Shown here piece by piece: positions 29,648 to 37,899 of a stretch of 64,000 nucleotides of DNA (position 1 is its first letter; every line of letters starts with the position of its first letter). The stretch spans positions 768,001 through 832,000 of the forward strand of contig OZ243041.1 of assembly GCA_965212055.1 (NCBI GenBank). The letters are read 5' to 3'. Origin of the DNA: Fidelibacterota bacterium (GTDB taxonomy: Bacteria > Fidelibacterota > Marinisomatia > Marinisomatales > Marinisomataceae). The translations under genes were made by a program, and so were the position numbers. The notes below the pieces were generated by a model that searched no databases, was not told where the DNA came from, and worked only from the letters and a program-made list of their open reading frames with translations.

Positions 29648-32600
29648 ATGAAAAAAATAAATTATATCATTGGATTTACTATATCATTCTTGGTGTTATA
29701 TCAACCAATTGAACAAGATATAAGAAACTTTTTAAATGAAAAGAAACGTGTTGAATATGAACAATTTATCAATAGTTTCTTACAAAGAGATACGCTTTCC
29801 TTCAAAGAATCAAAGAAACTACCAAAAGCATTAAGACCTGATCTCAAAGGGACACAGGATTACCTTATGATGCATGATCCAACCACAGGTACTATTCCTA
29901 CAGAACGTATTTTGGATGCTTTAAAAATTGGAGAACAAAAACGTACAAGTTGGGCTTATGCAAATCGTATGACTGAAGTAAATTGGTCTGAAAGAGGACC
30001 AAACACCATTGGTGGAAGAACAAGAGCTTTACTTATTGATCCAAATGACTCTACAAAAAAGAAATTATGGGCTGCTGGTGTTAGTGGTGGATTGTGGTAT
30101 ACCAGTGATATTACTGTTTCTGCACCAACCTGGAACTTAGTTGATGGAACATGGGGAAATTTAGCAGTATGTAGCATCGCTTCTGATCCCAATGATGCTA
30201 ATATCATGTATGTAGGTACTGGAGAAAGAATGGGTATCTTTTCTACAGCAAGTCGAGGACTTGGGATGTGGAAAACAACTGATGGTGGTAACACTTGGAC
30301 ACATCTTACTTCCACAGAAGGTTTTAATTATGTTACTGATATCATTGTGAGAGACGAATCAGGATCAAGTGTAGTGTATGCTGGCGTTGGTGGACATTAT
30401 TATGAAGGTCAATGGCATGGATCTGCAAATACAGGACTATGGAGATCAACTGATAGTGGATCAACATGGACCCAAGTTATGGATATGACTTCAGGTAGTA
30501 CTCCATACGAGATTATGGATTTAGATTTGGGTGTTAATGGCAATGTAGACTTTACAATTACAGTTGATAGTTCCACAAAATTTGTCATTAATGGTTCGTC
30601 ACAAGCTACTCTTACTGTATCAAAAGGTTCAACTTACACTTTTGATCAAACTGATAGTTCAAATGGAACTCATCATAATATTGGATTTTCTACTACCAGT
30701 GATGGTACGCATGGTGGTGGTACTGCTTATACCAATGGAGTTACAACAAATGGTGGTTCATCAGGTTCAGATTTAGTTACAACATTGATTGTACCTCAAG
30801 ATGCTCCATCCACTTTATATTATTACTGTAATACACATTCAGGTCTGGGGGGACAAATTAATATTAATGCAGGTAATAGGATTTGGGCTGGATCACGAAC
30901 TAATGTTTATGGCGATGGTGGAGGAGACATTTTCTATTCTGATGATGGTTCAACATGGACCAAAGCATCTTTGGGTGTTATTGGAACAATGAACCGAACT
31001 ATTTTATCAGTTGCTCCTTCTGATCCAAATACCGTTTATGCTATGATTGCAGATAGCAATTCACGAAAGGTTGGTTGGATTACAAAAACAACAGATGGTG
31101 GTGCTAATTGGACTATATATACTGCTGGAACTACTGACCCATTCCCTATTGATGCTAATGGAAATGTTTTGGGAGATGCCAACGGTCAAGCAGGTTATGA
31201 TTTAAGTTTTGGAATTGATCCAAATGATCCAAACACCGTTTTTGCTGGTGAACTTGATATTTTCAAAACAACAGCTGGTGGAGCTAGTTGGACTCAGGTC
31301 ACAAATTCTGGAGGATCGCAATTTGCCAATATGCATGTTGACCAACATAATATAAAATTTATTGATAGTAATGCTATTATCTTCTCTAATGATGGCGGAG
31401 TATATTATACTACTGATGCAGGAACTACAGTCAATGAAAGAAATACAGGATATAATGTAAGTCAATTCTATTCTGTTGCGCTACATCCAGATGCTGGAAG
31501 TGAATATGTTCTTGGTGGAACCCAAGATAATGGTACTTGGACAGTGAGTGGTACTGGCATTCAAAGTGGTAATCAAAGAGTCGGTGGAGATGGTGCATTC
31601 ACACATATTGACCAAGTAGATCCTAATTATCAGTTTACTGCAACGACATATAACACTATATATAGAAGTACCAATGGTGGAACAAATTGGTCTTTGTATG
31701 CAAACCATGAAGATAGTGCTGGTGGTGACACCGGATTCTTTATCAATCCTTCCACGATTGATGGTCCAAATAAAGCTTTTTATTCTGCGGTTGATGCATC
31801 AACAATATTACGATTAAATAGTTATACCACATTAGCTGATAAAACACTGATGAATGTTAACCTAGGTTCTACTGCATCTGCATTTAAAGTTTCTCCTCAC
31901 ACAAATGGAGTTTTATTTGTTGGTACAGCTGGTGGACGCGTATTTAAGATTACAGATGCTCATACATCTACTTACACTGCAACTGAAATTAGTGGTTCAG
32001 GTATGAGTGGCTATGTTTCATCAATTGATATTGGAGAAGATGACAATCAAATTTTAGTTGCCATTTCTAACTACGGAGTTTCTTCTGTTTGGGAAACCAT
32101 AGGTGGTGGTGGAGCAAATGGTTGGATAGATATCGAAGGTGATCTACCTGATATGCCTATTAGATGGGGACTATACAATAAAAATAATTTTAATCAAGTA
32201 ATTGTAGCGACTGAACTTGGAACATGGGTATCCGATGATGTTTCTGTTTCAAGTCCAACATGGAATCCATCCAACGATGGATTGGCTAATGTTAGAACTG
32301 ATATGCTTGCTAGACGAGCTGCAGATGGTGCAATGGCTGCAGGAACTCATGGTCGCGGTATGTTTTATTCAACTGGATTTACTTCTACTGCGCCTTTAAA
32401 TGCTGCATTTACTCCTGATAAGACTTCTGGAGTATTCCCATTAACTGTTCAATTTAATGATAGATCAACTGGATCTCCGACTTCATGGTCTTGGGATTTT
32501 GGTGATGGATCTACAAGTAGTGATCAATCTCCATCACATATCTATACTGCTGCTGGTCAATATAATGTTGCATTAACAATTTCTGATGGAACAAATTCTG

Positions 32601-34762
32601 ATACTACGACAAAGAACAATATTATTTGGGCAACAGCACAACAAGATACATTATGGGAAGAAGGATTTGAAACAAATCCATATGGTTGGGCTGATGGAAG
32701 AAGAGATGTACATGAATTCTTAACCGTGAACGCGAATGGCGATGCTGAGGAATGGTCTTGGTGGTATTATACTGCAGGATTTGGAGCAGCTGATGGTAGT
32801 CACTGGATGGCAGGACTTGGAATGGGTTCTAGTGGTTCCGATGCAGACGATTGGCTTATTAGCCCTGATTTATGGTTAAGAGCAGGCACTGACAATATTT
32901 TAAGTTTTTATACAAGAATGCATGATGGTAGTGTCACTGAAATATATGATGTCTTACTATCCCCTACTGGCGGTACTAATATTGCTGACTTCACTGTTAC
33001 CTTAGCCAATGTTGAAGACACTTCTGGTGCGTGGACACAGCAAACATACAACCTAAGCCAATGGTCTGGTTCTAATGTTCGTGTTGCAATTCATATGAAA
33101 ACCACCAATCAGTTTTATGCATTCTTTGATAATTTTACACTGACTGCAGGAGAATTATCTACAGATGGTGCCCCATTAGCACCTTCAGGCCTCAGTGCGG
33201 AACCAGAACTTGTATATGATGCAACAAATGAAGTATGGAATGCAAGTGATGATGGTGTAGCTATTTTCTGGAATAGAAATGGCGAATCAGATCTTGCTTC
33301 ATATAATGTATATACAAGCCAAACAGATGATTTTACTGCTGATAATTCAACATTGCTTGGTCAAGGAACAATGGGCAATATTAATTCAGAACATTTCTAT
33401 GCATCTCCATCAGACACACCTTGGCCTGATACAACATTTGTCTTTATACAAACTTTTGGAGTGGATTCATTGCTTCATGATAATTTAAGTCAAGGAGAAA
33501 AATGGTACTACAAGGTAGGAGCAGTGGATAATGATGGTAATGAAACAATCTCCGAACAAACAAGCTATATATTAGATAGTACTGGTCCAACCGCTGGAAC
33601 ATATACAATCAATGATTTACATGATAGTGAATATCTAAGAAGCACTTCTGATATCGCAATCACCGTTGATGGTTGGTCAGATAATGTTGGAATAGCATAC
33701 TATTATATGGGTATTGGAACAACTGATCAAGATCTTAACGCAGATGTTGTACACTATCAAAATGTTGGTTTAACCAATTTAACATTGACTGGATTAACTC
33801 TTGATGATTATACAAAATACTATCTCAAAGTTGCCGCATTTGATGAAAGTGGTAATAACTCAGATGCTATTATTAGTGGATTTACAACCTATACATCTAT
33901 GCTAGGTGATTATGATAATGACTGGGATGTAGATGTTGAAGATTTAAATTCACTTGTAAATGCATGGCCAAGCGTTGATATTGGTCCAGCTACAGGAACT
34001 ACACCTTATCTTGTACCAACACTTGATGGTAACGCTGATATCTATGATATAAGTGCATTTACTAGAAACTGGCAATGGACAAAAGCTCAAGGAAGAACTT
34101 CAGAATCAGAAGAAGAGATTGAATTAAATCCTATTGACTTCCCTGCTGAATTATCTGGAAATCAAATTAAGATTACACTACCAGACAATATTACAGCAGG
34201 AAGATTTGAGATAGCAAATAATGAGAATGTATATCAGTTTTCTCTTAATAATACAAATGAAGGTATAATTCTTCTAGAAAATGAAGATAGTATTAATCAA
34301 TTGTATGAAGTGGAATTTGGAAGATTATCTCAAGATCAAAAAGAATTGTATATCTACATAGATGGGAATACACCAGCAGCTACACTACAAATGAATTACC
34401 AACTATTCTCAAAAGATGGATTGGCTGGCAATGGTATGATGCAACTAGGAAATCCTGACGCATTTAAGCTTTATCAGAATTATCCAAATCCTTTTAATAG
34501 TCAGACTACTATCAGATATGATATTCCATCATTGATGGTTGATATAGTTCCTGTAGAAATATATATCTATAACACTATTGGTAAGCTAGTCAGAACAATT
34601 GACGAAGGAGATAAATCTGTTGGTACACATGCTGTCATTTGGGATGGAAAAAATGATGATGGTGAAAATGTAAGTAGTGGAGTTTATTTCTATCAATTAC
34701 GTACAAAAGTTGATGGCCAAAGCGATTATAATAAAACCATGAAAATGGTTCTTGTTAGATAG
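29648..34762 (+). CDS. Large secreted multidomain protein: Asp-box beta-propeller (VPS10/Ycf48-like) with cupredoxin-like insert, PKD, cleaved-adhesin, FN3-like, dockerin-like, FlgD/T9SS type-A C-terminal domain
   Basis: Repeated (S/T)xDGGxxW Asp-boxes; WDFGDG PKD; DDWLISP adhesin motif; GDYDNDWDVDVED EF-like loop; LYQNYPNPFN...WDG.N..G..VSSGVYFY C-terminal domain; likely ATG at 29648. Confidence 0.82.
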   Translation: MKKINYIIGFTISFLVLYQPIEQDIRNFLNEKKRVEYEQFINSFLQRDTLSFKESKKLPKALRPDLKGTQDYLMMHDPTTGTIPTERILDALKIGEQKRTSWAYANRMTEVNWSERGPNTIGGRTRALLIDPNDSTKKKLWAAGVSGGLWYTSDITVSAPTWNLVDGTWGNLAVCSIASDPNDANIMYVGTGERMGIFSTASRGLGMWKTTDGGNTWTHLTSTEGFNYVTDIIVRDESGSSVVYAGVGGHYYEGQWHGSANTGLWRSTDSGSTWTQVMDMTSGSTPYEIMDLDLGVNGNVDFTITVDSSTKFVINGSSQATLTVSKGSTYTFDQTDSSNGTHHNIGFSTTSDGTHGGGTAYTNGVTTNGGSSGSDLVTTLIVPQDAPSTLYYYCNTHSGLGGQININAGNRIWAGSRTNVYGDGGGDIFYSDDGSTWTKASLGVIGTMNRTILSVAPSDPNTVYAMIADSNSRKVGWITKTTDGGANWTIYTAGTTDPFPIDANGNVLGDANGQAGYDLSFGIDPNDPNTVFAGELDIFKTTAGGASWTQVTNSGGSQFANMHVDQHNIKFIDSNAIIFSNDGGVYYTTDAGTTVNERNTGYNVSQFYSVALHPDAGSEYVLGGTQDNGTWTVSGTGIQSGNQRVGGDGAFTHIDQVDPNYQFTATTYNTIYRSTNGGTNWSLYANHEDSAGGDTGFFINPSTIDGPNKAFYSAVDASTILRLNSYTTLADKTLMNVNLGSTASAFKVSPHTNGVLFVGTAGGRVFKITDAHTSTYTATEISGSGMSGYVSSIDIGEDDNQILVAISNYGVSSVWETIGGGGANGWIDIEGDLPDMPIRWGLYNKNNFNQVIVATELGTWVSDDVSVSSPTWNPSNDGLANVRTDMLARRAADGAMAAGTHGRGMFYSTGFTSTAPLNAAFTPDKTSGVFPLTVQFNDRSTGSPTSWSWDFGDGSTSSDQSPSHIYTAAGQYNVALTISDGTNSDTTTKNNIIWATAQQDTLWEEGFETNPYGWADGRRDVHEFLTVNANGDAEEWSWWYYTAGFGAADGSHWMAGLGMGSSGSDADDWLISPDLWLRAGTDNILSFYTRMHDGSVTEIYDVLLSPTGGTNIADFTVTLANVEDTSGAWTQQTYNLSQWSGSNVRVAIHMKTTNQFYAFFDNFTLTAGELSTDGAPLAPSGLSAEPELVYDATNEVWNASDDGVAIFWNRNGESDLASYNVYTSQTDDFTADNSTLLGQGTMGNINSEHFYASPSDTPWPDTTFVFIQTFGVDSLLHDNLSQGEKWYYKVGAVDNDGNETISEQTSYILDSTGPTAGTYTINDLHDSEYLRSTSDIAITVDGWSDNVGIAYYYMGIGTTDQDLNADVVHYQNVGLTNLTLTGLTLDDYTKYYLKVAAFDESGNNSDAIISGFTTYTSMLGDYDNDWDVDVEDLNSLVNAWPSVDIGPATGTTPYLVPTLDGNADIYDISAFTRNWQWTKAQGRTSESEEEIELNPIDFPAELSGNQIKITLPDNITAGRFEIANNENVYQFSLNNTNEGIILLENEDSINQLYEVEFGRLSQDQKELYIYIDGNTPAATLQMNYQLFSKDGLAGNGMMQLGNPDAFKLYQNYPNPFNSQTTIRYDIPSLMVDIVPVEIYIYNTIGKLVRTIDEGDKSVGTHAVIWDGKNDDGENVSSGVYFYQLRTKVDGQSDYNKTMKMVLVR

Positions 34763-34775
34763 GAAGAGTCAATAA

Positions 34776-35843
34776 ATGAAATTTCTACTTTATGGAGCTA
34801 ATGGGCATACTGCAGCTTTTGCAATCGAATACGCTAAAGAACAAGGCATTAATCTTATATTAGCTGGTCGCTCACAAGAATCTATTAAACCACTCGCAGA
34901 AAAAAATGGATTTGATTACCGCATATTTGATCTAGAGTCAAATGATACCATATGTAACAATATTAAAGATATAGATTTGGTTTTAAACTTTGCAGGACCA
35001 TTTAGATTTACCTTCAAAAAAATGATTAATGCCTGTCTTAAGACAAAAACACATTATTTGGATATTACTGGGGAAATGACTGTTATTGAGAAGGCTTACT
35101 TAATGGGAGATAAATTTAGGAAAGCAGGTATCATTGTTTCACCAGCAACCGCTTTTGATACACTTCCAACTGATTCTGTTGCATTAAAACTTAAATCTTT
35201 ATTACCAGATGCTAATAAAATTAAATTAGCATTCAAAATAAGTGGAAGAGGAACTTTTAGCGCAGGATCTGCAATTACAGGCATGTATCGTATGCACAAA
35301 GGATGTTTAATTCGTAAGAATGGTAAAATTAAGAGAGTTTCCCCATTATATAACAAACACAATATTGATTTTGGTGATGGTAAGCCAATACAAGTTGGAA
35401 TTTGGACATGGGCAGATATTTATAGTGGATATTATTCTACTAAAGTACCAAATATTGAGTTTTATACTCCACTCTCTGATACCCAATTAAAAAAGGCATT
35501 AAAATATGATTCACTGAAATATAAGATTCTCTTAAAACTTCCCTTTTTAAGAAATGCTCAAATAGAAAAGATTAAAAAGAAATTTAGAAACCCATCATAT
35601 GAAGCTAGATTAAAAAGCAATATGCATATATTCGGTCAAGCTAATAATTCAAATGGAGATAAAGTTGTTGTAAAATTAAAAACATGTGATTCTTATATCT
35701 TCAGTGGGAGAGGACCAATTGCTCTTGCTAATTATATCAGTAAAAATGATGTGGAACCTGGATTTTACACTGCTGGACAAATTGCAGGGCCTGATTTTGT
35801 AACTACAATTGAAGGTGCTGACGAATTTGAAATCTTAAAGTAA
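34776..35843 (+). CDS. Saccharopine dehydrogenase-like NAD(P)-binding oxidoreductase (second subfamily)
   Basis: LYGANGHT, LAGRS, NFAGPF, HYLDITGE, FDTLPTD, PGFYT. Confidence 0.8.
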   Translation: MKFLLYGANGHTAAFAIEYAKEQGINLILAGRSQESIKPLAEKNGFDYRIFDLESNDTICNNIKDIDLVLNFAGPFRFTFKKMINACLKTKTHYLDITGEMTVIEKAYLMGDKFRKAGIIVSPATAFDTLPTDSVALKLKSLLPDANKIKLAFKISGRGTFSAGSAITGMYRMHKGCLIRKNGKIKRVSPLYNKHNIDFGDGKPIQVGIWTWADIYSGYYSTKVPNIEFYTPLSDTQLKKALKYDSLKYKILLKLPFLRNAQIEKIKKKFRNPSYEARLKSNMHIFGQANNSNGDKVVVKLKTCDSYIFSGRGPIALANYISKNDVEPGFYTAGQIAGPDFVTTIEGADEFEILK

Positions 35844-36806
35844 TTTAGTTTGATATAAATCGTGTAATCTTAGTAGCCCTACACATTTTTTATTATCTAC
35901 TACCGGTAAAACAGAAATTTGTGATTGTCTATCTTCCATTAATTTCATTGCATCATGAATAGCCATTGAAGATGATACTTTTACAGGACTTTTATTAATA
36001 AAAGGATTAATTGAATCACCATTTTTCTTATTAGATGCAATCGCTTTACGAATATCTCCCTCAGTAATAATTCCTTCCAGAGTTTTATTTTTTCCTAACA
36101 ATAATGCAGCACCTAAAGGTTTTTTTGTCATAAGAGTTGCTACATTTGATAAAGAACTATTTTCTTTTAAGACTGCAACTTCTTTTATTGGGTGCATAAC
36201 ATCCTTCACCGTTAGTCCTAGTTGTTTTCCTAATTGACCGCCTGGATGATATTTGGCAAAATCTTTTTCTTTAAATCCTCTTTTTACCATTAAAACAGAT
36301 GCAAGTGCATCACCAATAGCCATCGCGACTAATGAGCTAGCAGTAGGAACAATTCCTAGTGGATCTACTTCCCTATCAATTGTCCCATTTAAAACAATAT
36401 CAACATTTTTTGCAATAAATGAATTCATATTGCTAACAATACCAATAAGGGGTGAATCAAATTCTCTTAATATTGGAATTAGGCGAATTAATTCTTCTGT
36501 ATTACCACTTTTTGAAATCAATATAGTTGGATCACCTGGATTATAAATCCCCAAATCTCCATGTAAAGCATCTGAAGCATGCATAAAAACACTTGTAGTT
36601 CCAGTACTACATAAAGTTGCAACAATCTTCTGAGCAATAAGTCCTGATTTCCCCAATCCACAGACTACCACTTTTCCGTCATGCTTTGCAATAAGATTAG
36701 ATGCTTTGATAACATCTTTATCAATTTGTTTTGCTACTTTTCTTAATTGCGCTGATTCGCTCTCAAGAATCGATTGTGCTAATCCATTTATCTTATTTTT
36801 GGCCAT
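35835..36806 (-). CDS. kdsD: KpsF/GutQ-family arabinose-5-phosphate isomerase (SIS + 2 CBS)
   Basis: GLGKSG, HGDLG, SKSGNTEE, PTAS, HPGGQLG, CBS pair. Confidence 0.9.
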   Translation of the reverse strand: MAKNKINGLAQSILESESAQLRKVAKQIDKDVIKASNLIAKHDGKVVVCGLGKSGLIAQKIVATLCSTGTTSVFMHASDALHGDLGIYNPGDPTILISKSGNTEELIRLIPILREFDSPLIGIVSNMNSFIAKNVDIVLNGTIDREVDPLGIVPTASSLVAMAIGDALASVLMVKRGFKEKDFAKYHPGGQLGKQLGLTVKDVMHPIKEVAVLKENSSLSNVATLMTKKPLGAALLLGKNKTLEGIITEGDIRKAIASNKKNGDSINPFINKSPVKVSSSMAIHDAMKLMEDRQSQISVLPVVDNKKCVGLLRLHDLYQTKLL

Positions 36807-36847
36807 TCCAAGATGAATATAATTAGTTTTAATGGAATTATGACTGA

Positions 36848-36855
36848 TAAATTTG
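36848..36855 (+). promoter_or_regulatory. TAAATTTG, Bacteroidota-type -7 promoter box candidate 4 nt before the SDR ATG
   Basis: Exact TAnnTTTG match in a divergent intergenic region; the same octamer lies 8 nt before the HNH ATG (20884-20891, minus strand). Confidence 0.4.
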
Positions 36856-36859
36856 TAGA

Positions 36860-37621
36860 ATGGCGTTGATGAATATTTTTATTACAGGCGCAAGTAGTGG
36901 CATTGGAGAATATGTTGCATATGAATACGCAAAAGATGGGGTCCATCTGGCATTATGCGCAAGAAGAAAAGAAAAACTAAATCAAACTGCTGATAAATGC
37001 AGAGAAATGGGCGCCAAAGTTACAACCTATTCTGTTGATGTCACTGATCAACATTCAACAAAAGAATCGATAGATGATTTTTTATCAAAAATAAATAGAA
37101 TTGACTTGGTAATTGCAAATGCAGGTCTTGGAGAACTAGATGCGCTACATAAAGGTAATCCAACAATGATGAACGAAGTAATAAATGTAAATGTTATTGG
37201 GGTACAAAATACTATTGTTCCATTCTTACCAACAATGCTTAAGCAAGCAAGTGGCCATATTGCTCTTGTAGGATCAGTTGCAAGCCATATAGCCTGGGTT
37301 GGTGGTGGAGCGTATGCTGCATCAAAATTTGCAGTGAAAGCTTTAAGTGAAAGTTGGAGAAAAACATTACCAAAAACAATTGATGTAACATTGATTTGTC
37401 CCGGTTTTGTTGAAAGTGAAATGACAGAGAAAGCGGAATGGAAACCTTTTGTAATTAAGACAGATGTAGCTGCTAAAAAAATTGTTAATGCACTTAATAA
37501 GAAAAAGAAAATGTTTATCTTCCCATGGCAGTGGCATGTTGTAATAGCATTTAAAAAAATACTTGAGTTGTTGATGGTAAATGCTGCAAGAAAAGTATAT
37601 AAAAAACGCTATAAAAATTAA
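36860..37621 (+). CDS. Short-chain dehydrogenase/reductase
   Basis: TGASSGIG, NAG, YAASK, CPGFV. Confidence 0.9.
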   Translation: MALMNIFITGASSGIGEYVAYEYAKDGVHLALCARRKEKLNQTADKCREMGAKVTTYSVDVTDQHSTKESIDDFLSKINRIDLVIANAGLGELDALHKGNPTMMNEVINVNVIGVQNTIVPFLPTMLKQASGHIALVGSVASHIAWVGGGAYAASKFAVKALSESWRKTLPKTIDVTLICPGFVESEMTEKAEWKPFVIKTDVAAKKIVNALNKKKKMFIFPWQWHVVIAFKKILELLMVNAARKVYKKRYKN

Positions 37622-37633
37622 ATAATTCTATAC

Positions 37634-37891
37634 CTAAATTTTATCACATAGACTGGCTAGTTCGATATCTTTTTTTGTTACATCACCGCTATCATGTGTA
37701 GTCAGTAAAATATCTACTTTGCACCATCCAATTTTTATATCTGGATGATGATTCATTTTTTCAGCCAAAAGAGCAATCTTATTCACAAAATTGATTCCAG
37801 AAAGGTACGAAGAGAATTCAAACGTTTTAGTAATTGATTTATTGTCGTATTTCCAATTATCTAATTCATCAATCATTGATTCTATTTTCAT
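37634..37891 (-). CDS. phhB: Pterin-4-alpha-carbinolamine dehydratase
   Basis: AEKMNHHPD, LTTHD, D..LA. Confidence 0.9.
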   Translation of the reverse strand: MKIESMIDELDNWKYDNKSITKTFEFSSYLSGINFVNKIALLAEKMNHHPDIKIGWCKVDILLTTHDSGDVTKKDIELASLCDKI

Positions 37892-37899
37892 TGAATTAC

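Noticed and set aside
30545..30877. Intein or intron explanation for the propeller insert
   Set aside because: No N-terminal Cys/Ser or C-terminal His-Asn splice motifs; the frame is continuous.
27376..35843. tRNA-Asp-anchored prophage or integrative element
   Set aside because: No integrase, phage core genes or duplicated tRNA 3' end seen; the phage-like module is only a domain within a host protein.
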